Source: a candidate division WOR-3 bacterium
GTDB lineage: Bacteria; Hydrothermota; Tepidihabitantia; Tepidihabitantales; Tepidihabitantaceae
Assembly (NCBI GenBank): GCA_965648905.1
Contig: CBFGIT010000011.1
Coordinates: 3,810 to 67,809 of the forward strand
Reading direction: 5' to 3'
Length of the DNA: 64,000 nucleotides
Of this stretch, positions 9,828-19,122 are shown one piece after another. Below the pieces are notes generated by a model. The model was given only the letters and a program-made list of their open reading frames with translations. It ran no database searches and was not told where the DNA came from. The translations under genes were made by a program, and so were the position numbers. Each line of letters begins with the position of its first letter. Position 1 is the first letter of the stretch.

Positions 9828-11828
9828 CTAAGGTTGGATTCTGAAGAACTTCCTGACATCTTCGATTCTCTCTGAGACAGGTAGTCCATCAGGCAGTGAG
9901 CAGAGAAAGAGCGGGCCGTATGGGCGGTCGACGATGCGCCGGTCAAGAACGCAGACCACTCCTGAATCCTGGCTGGTCCGAATCAGCCGGCCGAATCCCT
10001 GGCGGAACCGCAGCACCGCAGTGGGTAACTGATAGCCGGCAAACGGGTCCAGTCCCTGCTCGCGCATCTGCTCAGCGATGGCAGTGAGTCGCGGTTCATC
10101 CGGCACCTCAAACGGCAGGCGGCAGATGATGAGACAGGAGAGTGAATCGCCCGGTACGTCCACTCCCTGCCAGAACGACTGGGTGGCAAAGAGAACCGAA
10201 TGGCGGTCTGCGCGGAACTCGTCAAGTAGTCGAGGCAGAGCGCGGTCACCCTGGCGCAGAAGCCGGTATTGCCCCTCGGGCATCAGGTCGTACACCGCAT
10301 TGAGCGCATTGTAGCTCGTGAACAGCACAAGTGCCCGGCCGTGCGACAGTTCAATCAGCCGGCTGATTTCGCGGGCCGCAGCCTGGTGAAAAGACGCCTC
10401 GGCCGTGGGCAGCGGCAGCCGGGCCGGCACATAGAGCAGGCTGCAGCGGCGATAGTCAAACGGCGAATCGAGCCGGAGCTGAACAAAGTCGTCCAGGCCG
10501 AGACGGCCACAGAAGAAGTCGAACCGGCCAGCCACGGTCAGCGTGGCCGAAGTCAGCACGGTACTTGCCAGTCGGGCGTAGACGTGGCGGCGCAGCGTCG
10601 GCGCAACATCAAGCGGGGCCGAAAGCAGGCTCAGACGGCCGGGAGCAGGTCGTTCGAACCAGTAGACATTGGCGTCCGCGTCCGGGTGCTCGAATGCGCT
10701 CAGTGCCGCGGCCGAGCGATGGAGCAGACGCCCGGCCGCAGCCAGTTCGGCCGCAGCCAGCTCGTCGTCAAGCTCGGGTGCGACTTCGTCCGCCGTGCCG
10801 GCCAGACGTTCCAGCGCCTGAGCCGGCAGGCCGGCGGGCAGCGGTTCAACGAGTCTCATGCGTGCTGCGTTGCGCCGCGAGTCGCCCTCGAACCAGGCAA
10901 AGAACTCTTCGACGGTCTGGCGGGCTTCGGCCACCTCAGCGCCGACCGTGCGCCGGACTGCTGAGCGCGGCGGCAGCAGTCGCATCAGTCCGCTGCGTTC
11001 CGCACCGGCAGCGCCGAGCAGCAAGCCGAGCGCATGCTGGCTGACTTCAAGCCCGAAATGGCGGGCGCAGACGTCCTCAAGACGGTGTGCCTCGTCAAAG
11101 ACAACCACCGAGTGCTCAGGCAGCAGGTCAGCCTCTCCGGCCACGCTGGAAAGTAACAGCGCGTGATTGACGACCAGAATGGCGGACTGAGACCAGGACT
11201 GGCGTGCCCGCTGATAGAAGCAGTCACGGTTGTATCGGCAATTGCGACCCAGGCACGCGGCCGAATCCCGGCCGATGCGACGGCTGAGCCCTGCGGGTAG
11301 CAGGTGCGGATAGCCGAGCAACAGTCCGTCCGTCGTCTGCGTCGACCAGTCAAGCAGGTCATCCGCGGCCCGGGCTTCTTCCTTTGTGTCGAAAAGGCCA
11401 CGGCTGACATGCAGCTCCAGGCGGAGACGACAAAGGTAGTTCTCCTGGCCAAACGCAACCGCACTCCGGGTCGGGCCCAATGCCCGACCCACAACCTCCA
11501 GGTCCTGCTCCAGCAGTTGAGACTGGAGCAGGCGCGTGTAGGTTGAGATGACCACGCGCTGCTGCTCGGCCCGTGACCAGAGCACGGCCGGCACCAGATA
11601 GGCCAGGGTCTTGCCGGTACCGGTTCCGGCTTCGACCGCGAGCCGGCTGCCGGTGTTGAGCGTGTGCCATACCGCATCGGCCATGGCCATCTGCTGGGTC
11701 CGGTGTTCATAGCCGGCAAGAACCTCGGCCAGTCGACCAGATGGGCCGAACCACTCGCCCGCGTCAAATCGATTCGTCATGCCGAGGCGCGCTGCCCAGT
11801 GCGTAAGAGCGGACGAAGACTTCGTCAA
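9828..11828 (-). CDS. dinG: DinG/XPD-family ATP-dependent DNA helicase with an Fe-S cluster domain
   Basis: Walker A GTGTGKT, DEAH box VVFDEAHRLED, a four-Cys cluster (YLCRL ... CLGRNCRYNRDCF), and a helicase C-terminal domain. Confidence 0.8.
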   Translation of the reverse strand: MTKSSSALTHWAARLGMTNRFDAGEWFGPSGRLAEVLAGYEHRTQQMAMADAVWHTLNTGSRLAVEAGTGTGKTLAYLVPAVLWSRAEQQRVVISTYTRLLQSQLLEQDLEVVGRALGPTRSAVAFGQENYLCRLRLELHVSRGLFDTKEEARAADDLLDWSTQTTDGLLLGYPHLLPAGLSRRIGRDSAACLGRNCRYNRDCFYQRARQSWSQSAILVVNHALLLSSVAGEADLLPEHSVVVFDEAHRLEDVCARHFGLEVSQHALGLLLGAAGAERSGLMRLLPPRSAVRRTVGAEVAEARQTVEEFFAWFEGDSRRNAARMRLVEPLPAGLPAQALERLAGTADEVAPELDDELAAAELAAAGRLLHRSAAALSAFEHPDADANVYWFERPAPGRLSLLSAPLDVAPTLRRHVYARLASTVLTSATLTVAGRFDFFCGRLGLDDFVQLRLDSPFDYRRCSLLYVPARLPLPTAEASFHQAAAREISRLIELSHGRALVLFTSYNALNAVYDLMPEGQYRLLRQGDRALPRLLDEFRADRHSVLFATQSFWQGVDVPGDSLSCLIICRLPFEVPDEPRLTAIAEQMREQGLDPFAGYQLPTAVLRFRQGFGRLIRTSQDSGVVCVLDRRIVDRPYGPLFLCSLPDGLPVSERIEDVRKFFRIQP

Positions 11829-12168
11829 AGTCGTAGACCGAGTGGAAATCCTCTATCCGGTCGGTCTCGGTCTTCGACATCGCGCCGGCCTCAATCAAGC
11901 GGTAGACGATTCTGCCCAGGTCGTCGGTGGTGAATATGCCCCAGGAATTGAGCACCGCTTTGGCGAGTCGGCCATAACGCTCGAGCGCCAGTTGGCGGGC
12001 GCCGATGCACAGCTCCTGACCGGTGACATGATGCGGCCGCTTGAACATCTGCTGGGCATAGGCCAGTGCTTCGTGGACGAACAGGTATGCCTCAGCCCGG
12101 AAACCGGGCTCCGGAACAGAGGTCGAGTCGGTTTCTTCAGGCACAGGCCGATTGTAGCTCTGAACCAC
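11764..12168 (-). CDS. conserved hypothetical protein (resembles the Minf_1886 family)
   Basis: The HVTGQELC ... GRLAKAVLNSWGI.TTDD.G.IV pattern, recalled from memory. GTG start. Overlaps the helicase start by tens of nt. Confidence 0.45.
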   Translation of the reverse strand: MVQSYNRPVPEETDSTSVPEPGFRAEAYLFVHEALAYAQQMFKRPHHVTGQELCIGARQLALERYGRLAKAVLNSWGIFTTDDLGRIVYRLIEAGAMSKTETDRIEDFHSVYDFDEVFVRSYALGSAPRHDESI

Positions 12169-12204
12169 GAAGATGGCAAGACCAGACCGTCGCGTCTGGT
12201 CGGT

Positions 12205-12489
12205 CTAGGAAACCGCACCGAAGATGCGGGAAAGAATCTCGTCGCGGCTCACACCAACGTGGCGCGCAACTGCCGTGAGCACGCCGGCCAGCGTGCCGGT
12301 CTTGAGAACCTTATGAGCGGGCACGGTAACAGCGTGACCGCCGTTCTGGGCCGTCGCCAACTGGATGTGTCCTCCGCTCCAGCGTCTTACCTCGTAGCCG
12401 TAGGCCGCAAGCGCTTGGGCCAGCGCAGTTCCCGAAAGGCTACGGGGCAGCTTCAAGGTCGATGACCTCTTCGCGGCTGGTTTTGACAA
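12205..12489 (-). CDS. hicA: HicA-like toxin (type II TA)
   Basis: GYEVRRWSGGHIQL ... TVPAHKVLKTGTLAGVL matches the HicA pattern G(S/G)H ... vP.H..l..GTl. The TTG start is uncertain (12489 or 12456). Confidence 0.55.
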   Translation of the reverse strand: MSKPAAKRSSTLKLPRSLSGTALAQALAAYGYEVRRWSGGHIQLATAQNGGHAVTVPAHKVLKTGTLAGVLTAVARHVGVSRDEILSRIFGAVS

Positions 12490-12673
12490 ACCTGAGTCTT
12501 ATCGTCCCGGGCCGCCGACATTCGTCGCAGTGACAACAGACTGCTGCTCGGACGTTGGCGTACAGTTCGTCCAGAGTCTCGGCTTCGGTGAAGATGCAGT
12601 CGCCCTGCGACCAGGCGACGTAGCCGCCTTCGGTCGCTTCCTCGACGATGAACTCGATTTCGTCTATCGGCAC
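12440..12673 (-). CDS. hicB: HicB-like antitoxin (UPF0150-type, no obvious DNA-binding tail)
   Basis: EEATEGGYVAWSQGDCIFTEAETLDELYANVRAAV pattern. Lies upstream of the hicA-like ORF and overlaps it. Confidence 0.55.
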   Translation of the reverse strand: MPIDEIEFIVEEATEGGYVAWSQGDCIFTEAETLDELYANVRAAVCCHCDECRRPGTIRLRFVKTSREEVIDLEAAP

Positions 12674-12676
12674 GAG

Positions 12677-13375
12677 TCAGGGCGCCAGCAGATAGACTCC
12701 GGGCCGCACCGGTGCGGCACGCCGGCCCAGAGCATCATACCAGACCCGACCCGACAGCACCGGCCGGCTGTTCGGCGCTCCGGGCCCGGTCACCGGTACA
12801 ACGACCTTGCGCAACTGCGGCCGGCATGGCACCGGTCGGGCCGAATTCGATTCGCCTACTGCAACCAAGGTAGTGTCGTCTACGGTCACGTCGTCAACGT
12901 AGACCGTGACCCCAGGCAGAGTCGCAAACGCCACGGCAAGAAAGACTGCCGAGTCGGGCGCTGTCACCCAGCGCGAGTACTCACGATAGCTTGTTCCGGA
13001 ATAGTAGACCGGGACCAGCTCAGGCAGACCGATTGTGCCGCCGGTGAGGGTGAGGAACTGAAGCACAAAAGAGCCACCCAGAGCACCCGGGACCCGCGCG
13101 AAACCGGCGAACCGATAGTGATAGCCGGTTCGGATCAGAGTCGCCGACGACATGAATGCCGACGTATCGCCACCAACCAGCTTCACGCACAGCGCGCCGG
13201 TGTGACTGCCCGAGTCAGGCAGAGCCGAGCCGGGATAGAGCGGCTCGGACGTAACCCAGCCGACCGGCATGTTCCCGAGCCACAGCTCAAATGAAGGGTT
13301 GGGCAGGATGTTAGTGGCAGCGACGGGTGCGAACGTGACCGCAGTCAGCAAACAGAACTTCAGTGTCTTCGTCAT
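12677..13375 (-). CDS. small secreted protein with a CBM-like jelly-roll start (NPSFE) and a short sorting-tail-like C-terminus
   Basis: Start moved to MTKTLKFCLLTAV (signal peptide, AAGGAAA RBS). ILPNPSFELW is typical of CBM4/9-like modules. Ends in RPGVYLLAP. Confidence 0.5.
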   Translation of the reverse strand: MTKTLKFCLLTAVTFAPVAATNILPNPSFELWLGNMPVGWVTSEPLYPGSALPDSGSHTGALCVKLVGGDTSAFMSSATLIRTGYHYRFAGFARVPGALGGSFVLQFLTLTGGTIGLPELVPVYYSGTSYREYSRWVTAPDSAVFLAVAFATLPGVTVYVDDVTVDDTTLVAVGESNSARPVPCRPQLRKVVVPVTGPGAPNSRPVLSGRVWYDALGRRAAPVRPGVYLLAP

Positions 13376-13461
13376 TCGTTTCCTTATCTGGCCGGCAAAG
13401 AGCTTCAGGTGAGAGTATAGCATGTCTGGTATCCGGGTCAAATTGCCGTCCTCCTTCGGGC

Positions 13462-13489
13462 TTGACTGCTGTACGGCTCGGGCTAGAGT
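13462..13489 (+). promoter_or_regulatory. sigma70-like promoter TTGACT-N16-TAGAGT, 5 nt upstream of the GTG at 13495
   Basis: Read directly from the sequence. Confidence 0.4.
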
Positions 13490-13494
13490 TCATC

Positions 13495-14916
13495 GTGCTC
13501 TACCGACCGCTCAATGCCCGAACCATCCAACGGCTCGGTGAACTCTGCTCGGCCGAGCGGCTCGTCACCGGTCCCGAAGACCTGGCTGACTACGCGCACG
13601 ACGAAAGCGTCGAGCTGCCTCACCTGCCCGAGGCAGTGGTCAAGCCGGTCTCGACTGAAGAGGTCGCGGCGATACTCAAGCTTGCCTCAGAAGAACGGTT
13701 CCCGGTCACGCCGCGTGGACTGGGGACTGGCCTTTCCGGCGGCGCAGTACCACTTCATGGTGGCATTGTTCTATCCCTCGAACTGATGAAGGAAATCGAG
13801 GTCGACACCGCCAATCTGGTCGTCTTTGCCCGGCCCGGGGCGACGACCGACGCGGTGCAGAAAGCCTGCGCTCAGTACGGTCTCTACTACCCGGTTGACC
13901 CGGCTTCACTCGAGGACTGCTCGATTGGCGGCAACGTGGCCGAGAACGCGGGCGGGGCAAGGGCATTCAAGTACGGCGTGACTGGCGACTATGTGCGCGG
14001 AATTGAGGCGGTGCTGGCCGATGGCACGATTATCAACTGGGGCGGCAGACTGCACAAGAACGTCACGGGCTACGACCTGAACCGACTGCTCATCGGCAGC
14101 GAGGGCACACTCGCGGTCATTACCGGCATCAACCTGAAGCTCATCCCAAAGCCGCGCCAGACCGTTGACATCCTTGTTCCCTTCGACCGCATGGCTCAGG
14201 GCCTCGAACTGGTCGCGCGGATGGTCCATCACCAGCGCCTGCTGCCCGCGGTGGTCGAGTTCATCGAGCACCGGGGCATTCAGGCCTGCAACGCAGTGCT
14301 CGGCAGTGAGCTGCCATTCCCTGACGCCGCGGTCCAGGTGCTCATCGAACTCGACGGCAACGACCGCGAGTCCGTCCTGGCCGACTGCATTGCGGTCGGC
14401 GAGGCGGCCATCGGCCTGGGCGCACGCGAGCCACTCGTGGCCGACAATCCTACCGACCAGACCCGGCTCTGGAAAGCACGACGTGAACTGCACGAAGTCC
14501 TGAAGCAGTACTATGCCGGGCTTGCCACCGAAGACGTGGTCGTGCCCCTCGCGCGAGTCCCGGATCTTGTGCTCTGGCTTGCAGGCCTGGAGCAGAAACA
14601 CGGCGTGCCGATTGTTCCCTGGGGCCACATCGGCGACGGCAACATCCACGTCGGCATGTGCCGCGAGGCGTGTGTTGACCCGGCAACCTGGCCGGACCGG
14701 AAGCGTGCGGTTGTCTCAGACCTGGCCGACTACGTCATTCGCGTCGGCGGTCAGATTTCCGCCGAGCACGGCATCGGCTCGACCAAGAAGTGGCTGATGC
14801 CCAGGGCGGTCGGCCCGGCCGAGCTTGAGGTCATGGCACGACTCAAGCGCACCCTGGACCCGACTTCGATCCTCAACCCCGGGAAGATACTGCCTGCTCC
14901 GGCAACGCAGGCCTGA
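13495..14916 (+). CDS. glcD: FAD-linked oxidase (GlcD / D-lactate dehydrogenase family)
   Basis: FAD-binding PCMH domain (PRGLGTGLSGGAVP, SIGGNVAENAGG) and C-terminal SAEHGIG. The GTG start was chosen because the longer ORF overlaps the divergent gene. Confidence 0.8.
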   Translation: MLYRPLNARTIQRLGELCSAERLVTGPEDLADYAHDESVELPHLPEAVVKPVSTEEVAAILKLASEERFPVTPRGLGTGLSGGAVPLHGGIVLSLELMKEIEVDTANLVVFARPGATTDAVQKACAQYGLYYPVDPASLEDCSIGGNVAENAGGARAFKYGVTGDYVRGIEAVLADGTIINWGGRLHKNVTGYDLNRLLIGSEGTLAVITGINLKLIPKPRQTVDILVPFDRMAQGLELVARMVHHQRLLPAVVEFIEHRGIQACNAVLGSELPFPDAAVQVLIELDGNDRESVLADCIAVGEAAIGLGAREPLVADNPTDQTRLWKARRELHEVLKQYYAGLATEDVVVPLARVPDLVLWLAGLEQKHGVPIVPWGHIGDGNIHVGMCREACVDPATWPDRKRAVVSDLADYVIRVGGQISAEHGIGSTKKWLMPRAVGPAELEVMARLKRTLDPTSILNPGKILPAPATQA

Positions 14917-14977
14917 CCGTGCGTCCGCGGGCGAGCCGCCGGATTTGACCGGCACCGAAGTCAGGTCATACTTCACC

Positions 14978-15871
14978 GTGCATTTCCTGCTGCTCAAGGT
15001 CGTCGCTGCGGTCGGCATGGGTGTCACACTCAAGCAGGCTGACACGAAGGGTATCGACCGTCTGCCGTTGATTCGCATCAACTATGCGGTCGCGGCCGTG
15101 CTCGCATTTCTGGCCGTGGTCGCAACCGGCGCACCGAGCATCTCCCGGCCCACGGCAATACTTGCGGTCGTCACCGGCGGGCTGTTCGTTGCCGGCCTGC
15201 TCTGCTGGACCCGAGCGATGCAGGCCGCCGGACTTGCGCTCTCGGTTGTGGTGATGCGCACCGCGATTGTCATCCCGCTCCTTGCCTCAGCTATTATCTG
15301 GCAGGAGCGACCCGGCCCGGTGCAGCTCACCGGCGCGGGCCTGGCATTGCTGGCGCTGGTGCTGGTGCTGTGGGATACCGCGCGACCGGCTGACGACAGT
15401 GACAGTGCTGCTGTACCTGGTGGCACACCGGCCAACCGACCATTCCATCTCTTGGGCAAGGCGTTCTGGCTTGCGGCGCTCTTTCTCGTTGACGGGCTGG
15501 TGATGATTCCGGCCCAGGTCTTTCGCAAAGAACTGCCCCAGGCCGAGAATCTGCCGTTCCAGACCGTCATCTTCGTCTCGGCCTTCTTCGTTACCACCCT
15601 GCTCTACTACCTAGGCAGACCGCGTGTGACGCCAGGTTCGCTGCGACTTGGTGCACTCCTCGGCGCTGCCAACCTCGGCAACTACCTGTTCCTGGTGATG
15701 GCGCTTGCCTCCCTGCCTGGTGTCGTGGTCTTCCCGGTGATGGCTGCGGGCGAGGTCGGACTGGCCGCGCTGGCCGGCACACTCATCTGGCACGAACGGG
15801 TCAGGCCCAGAGCATGGGCCGGCATCGCCCTGACGGTCATCGCGCTCATCCTGGTCCAGCTCGGCGCGTAG
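14978..15871 (+). CDS. DMT-superfamily (EamA-like) permease
   Basis: About 10 hydrophobic helices in two halves, each ending with a ...W.ER....Q..G..L....V..V-like segment. The start is uncertain. Confidence 0.55.
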   Translation: MHFLLLKVVAAVGMGVTLKQADTKGIDRLPLIRINYAVAAVLAFLAVVATGAPSISRPTAILAVVTGGLFVAGLLCWTRAMQAAGLALSVVVMRTAIVIPLLASAIIWQERPGPVQLTGAGLALLALVLVLWDTARPADDSDSAAVPGGTPANRPFHLLGKAFWLAALFLVDGLVMIPAQVFRKELPQAENLPFQTVIFVSAFFVTTLLYYLGRPRVTPGSLRLGALLGAANLGNYLFLVMALASLPGVVVFPVMAAGEVGLAALAGTLIWHERVRPRAWAGIALTVIALILVQLGA

Positions 15872-15920
15872 CCGACCGCCCTCAGTTCTCCGACATCCTG
15901 CCTCCGGCCTTCTGCCCGGC

Positions 15921-17033
15921 CTACTTCGTCTTCTTCGGCTGGGGTCGGACCGCAGGCTTGGCTGCTGCCCGGGGCAGCGGTTCGGGCGCGGGATGCTTCG
16001 CGGGCTCGCGCAGCATGCGCTTCAGTCGGCGCATCACCTTGGGTGCGTGTTTGGGATTGGCACTCGCCCACGCCTTGACGTCTTCATCGTCGAGCACAAT
16101 CCGGCCGACAAACGCATCCGCCTGGATTGCCCGGTTGAACTCCTCGAGCGCCTGGTCAATGAGTCCCTGGTCAAGACGCACGACCGCGGCGAGCAGTCGG
16201 GCTGCGCCCCGGGCCTTGGGCCCGAGTTCCGGCAGCGCCTCAATCTGGGTTGCGTCATCGAGCGCCTCGTCAAACCGACCGAGCCTCAGGTTGGCGACCG
16301 CCCGATTGTGCCTGACCCGGAACCGAAGCCGCACATCAACATCATCCCGCTTCTGGGTGGCGTCGAGCCAGCGCGAGTAAGCGGCAACTGCTGCGGCGTA
16401 GTCGCGCAGGGCAAAGGCATCATCACCCGCTCTCAGGCTGTCAAGCGCCTGGACATAGTCAAGGGTCTTGCCCGCCCGGGCCAGGCAGGTCTCGGCCTGG
16501 CCGCGCACCGCGGCCACCGCCTTCAGGCCTTCGGCCACTTCGCCGGAGTGGGTATCGAGGTTCGCGAGCTCCCGGTTCAGCTTCGCGGCCTTGCCGTCAA
16601 GCTCGTCGAGGCGCTGCCGCGCGACAACGAGGTCGTTCTCAAGCCGGCTGATGTCGGCCTCGGTCGGGCCGGCATGAGGAGCGTTGCGCAGGGCGGCGAT
16701 TTCAGCCCGGGCCTGGGCCAGTGCCTGCTCGTTCTCGGTCGTCTTGCGCTTGGCCCGCAGCAGTTCGTCGCTCAGGTCATTGAACCGCTTGTCCCAGACC
16801 GCGCGGACGTTCTCAATCTCGGACAGGCGCGAACCATAGACCCAGATCCGCCAGGCGGCGACGAGCACCGCCAGAATCAGCACGACGATGACAACCAGGA
16901 ACCACCGGGACAGGTTCCGGTTGGTGATGTCAAGCGCCTTGAGTGCCGCATCGTAGCCGGGAAACTCGGTCGGCTGAGCGCTGGCTGCGGCGACCAGGGT
17001 CAGAACGAGAATTGCCAGAGTAGTCTTTTGCAC
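15921..17033 (-). CDS. signal-anchored coiled-coil / TPR-like protein with a Lys-rich tail
   Basis: Signal peptide, one TM helix, an Ala/Glu/Arg-rich coiled segment, and TPR-like helices. Preferred over the antisense ORF 15993..17138, which has Arg/Gly/Pro shadow-ORF composition. Confidence 0.5.
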   Translation of the reverse strand: MQKTTLAILVLTLVAAASAQPTEFPGYDAALKALDITNRNLSRWFLVVIVVLILAVLVAAWRIWVYGSRLSEIENVRAVWDKRFNDLSDELLRAKRKTTENEQALAQARAEIAALRNAPHAGPTEADISRLENDLVVARQRLDELDGKAAKLNRELANLDTHSGEVAEGLKAVAAVRGQAETCLARAGKTLDYVQALDSLRAGDDAFALRDYAAAVAAYSRWLDATQKRDDVDVRLRFRVRHNRAVANLRLGRFDEALDDATQIEALPELGPKARGAARLLAAVVRLDQGLIDQALEEFNRAIQADAFVGRIVLDDEDVKAWASANPKHAPKVMRRLKRMLREPAKHPAPEPLPRAAAKPAVRPQPKKTK

Positions 17034-17134
17034 GTTGCCTCTTTTCAGGCTGTGCCATTATTGCCTGATTCCGGCCCGAGTCAAGAAAGAACCCACCCGG
17101 ACATGTCCGGGTGGGGTAAGAAAGGAGACTCCGG

Positions 17135-18298
17135 CTAGCGGCCGATGACGACTTTCTCCGGCCTTGACACGGTCCCCGGACAGACGAAGTAGACGCCCGG
17201 GGCCAGGCGTGATACGTCGTTTGCGCCGGGCGCAAGCGCCATCACCTGCCGACCCTCGGCCGTGATGAGCGAAGCATGCTGAGTCATGAACGAGGCCGGC
17301 AGCCGCAGCGCGCCGCGGACAATCGTCGGCTCGGACCGGCGGCCTAAGGCCTGTGGGCAGGCGCGTTCCTCAACCGCGGTGACCGGCGAGCCGCGGAACA
17401 GCTCGACCAGGCCGTCGAACGCGCTGATGAGGAAATCCGGTGTGCCGTCGTTGTTCCAGTCTCCGAACCCGCAGCGCGAGCCGTAGTAGCTGCCCGATGC
17501 CCGGGTCGGAATGCCGTCGACAGTCTTAAGGGTCTCTTCCGCGGCCAGAACCGGGTCAGCATTTGTCCCGATGTTGCGGTAGAACCGCACATATCCGTCG
17601 TTCGCGCCGCAGATGAGGTCATGCACTCCGTCCTGGTCCAGGTCAAACACATACGGGTTGACCCGGTACAGGTAGATGGGCTGACCATCGGCAACGACGT
17701 TCGTGAAATCCTGAAACATCGGCCAGGTGTCGCTCGTCTGGTTCGGGTAGAACCGGATGTAGCCGGTCTCGGTTCCAAGCAGCAGGTCCTTCATGCCGTC
17801 GCCGTTCCAGTCCGCGACCGTGGGCTGGCTGTTGCTGCCGACGTCGAGCACGGTCGAGTCCATCAACTTGTACTGGTAGTATGCAGTCAGCTCATCACCC
17901 GAGCGGATGAAGACATTGAAGTACCCCTCCCGGTCGCCCGAGACGATGTCCCATTCTCCGTCGGAGTTCCAGTCCACAACCTGTGGACAAGATCCGACGC
18001 ATCAACCTGATGGCAGGGTTATCTGCGAGCCGCTGGCGTAGAGGTATTCGAACCCGTTGAACACCGGTGCTGAGTCCGGCCCGCGATTGGGGTAGAACCT
18101 GATGTAGCCGCCGGTGAACTGGCCGCACACCAGGTCCTTGGCACCGTCTAAGTTCCAGTCGAACATCACCGGTGCACCGTACCAGGTGACGTCGATGGGC
18201 ACACCGGCATCACAGATGGTATCCGGGCCGGTGAACCGCGGCGTCTCCGCGGCAAGTGGCAGGACCGCGGCAAGCACAAGCAGTACTAAGAAGCGCAC
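17135..18298 (-). CDS. five-blade FG-GAP/VCBS repeat protein with signal peptide and T9SS-type C-terminal domain, interrupted by one in-frame TGA (18002-18004)
   Basis: ORFs 18002..18421 and 17135..17977 share a frame (18421-17977=444). xDWNxDGxxD blades occur on both sides of the TGA. GTG start at 18298 with AAAGGAG RBS. C-terminus is IVRGAL ... LAPGANDVSRLAPGVYFV. Confidence 0.6.
17960..17998 (-). promoter_or_regulatory. SECIS-like nested hairpin starting 4 nt after the in-frame UGA
   Basis: The mRNA reads UGA UGC [GUCGGA] UCUU [GUCCACA] GGU [UGUGGAC] UGGAAC [UCCGAC]. Outer stem is 6 bp and inner stem 7 bp, all Watson-Crick. The apical loop contains GGU. Confidence 0.4.
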
Positions 18299-18330
18299 AG
18301 TATCTCCTTTCGTTCGCTCCGCTGCCAGAG

Positions 18331-18360
18331 ATGTTACTGCCGAACCAGCCCCGTTGTCAA
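18331..18360 (-). promoter_or_regulatory. sigma70-like promoter TTGACA-N18-TAACAT for the FG-GAP gene
   Basis: Plus strand shows atgtta at 18331-18336 and tgtcaa at 18355-18360. The same TAACAT -10 box recurs at 36592. Confidence 0.45.
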
Positions 18361-18421
18361 GGTTGGAGAGAGGACGAAGGAAAGGAGCGGAGGCGTGGAG
18401 CGCGCGGGGCGCGCCAGTCAA

Positions 18422-19093
18422 AGGTCAAGTTGCAAAGAGCGAGGGTCAAAGGCCAAATCGCCGGGCAGTCCGGCATCTTGACTTCTGCAATCTGCCTTCT
18501 GACCTGGCGCCGCAGGCGCTCCACAGCCTCGGCCACGACAGCGTGATACGCCCAGGTCTGCGCGTGTCAGGAAGTTCCTGAAAGTCCAAGGGTAGAGTCT
18601 TGGCGCCGACAGGACCGGCTTGTGCCCGCACAGTGCCAGGCCCAAAGGCTCCTGTCAGCGCCGCAGAAATCCGCAGCAGTTCACGCGGTCTGCGTAGTCA
18701 GAATCGCCGCCGCTGCGCAGCGCGTGGTTGCTGCCCAACATGCGGTCAGAACACCGTCTGCCCAATTGCCTTTCCACCAGCAGGCTCTCCGCCCAGGGAA
18801 GTACGGCTATACGGTTGGATACTATCGGTCGTACTATCTCCGAATCTACTGCCGGACGTAATGGCAGTAGTAGCTGCCGTACTCCCCTGGGGCATGCCCC
18901 CGGGTCTACCCGCCCATGGCCCGGGGCTAGCCCCATGGTTACTACCTTGGCAATAGTCAGGTGGTCTGTAAGCGGTACGCCCTGGTGGTGATAGTGCCCG
19001 TTTACTTCGTGTATGCCCGCTTGGTCTAGCGCCGCACAGCCTGAGGAGTTACGGCGCGCGTCTAGGATTGGTGGCTTTGCCGGACGCTTGGCC
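18422..19093. other. unassigned hairpin-dense non-coding stretch (candidate structured RNA or decayed sequence)
   Basis: No credible ORF. Contains stem GGCGCCGACAGG (18602-18613) with CCTGTCAGCGCC (18651-18662), and nested stems GTACGGC (18801-07) with GCCGTAC (18876-82) around CTACTGCC (18846-53) with GGCAGTAG (18863-70). Also the palindrome GGGGCATGCCCC (18889-18900) and GGGGCTAGCCCC (18923-34) flanked by two CCATGG sites. Confidence 0.25.
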
Positions 19094-19122
19094 TTGCACT
19101 GGGTGAATCGCGCTGCTATACT
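19094..19122 (+). promoter_or_regulatory. sigma70-like promoter TTGCAC-N17-TATACT
   Basis: Followed by ~110 nt of GC-rich leader and an AAAGGA RBS before the ATG at 19239. Confidence 0.45.

Noticed and set aside
18002-18004. TGA reassigned genome-wide (genetic code 4 or 25) as the explanation for the in-frame stop
   Set aside because: TGA cleanly terminates well-defined genes in the window (accA at 8654-8656, topA at 27270-27272). The genome is also GC-rich, unlike known TGA-recoding lineages.
18581-18760. RNase P RNA-like fragments (GAAAGUCC at 18581-18588, GUGCCAGG, CAGAACACCG)
   Set aside because: The P4-like strands are only ~170 nt apart. The conserved ACAGAAxCCGGCUUA and AGGGUGAAA...GGUAAGAGC blocks are absent.
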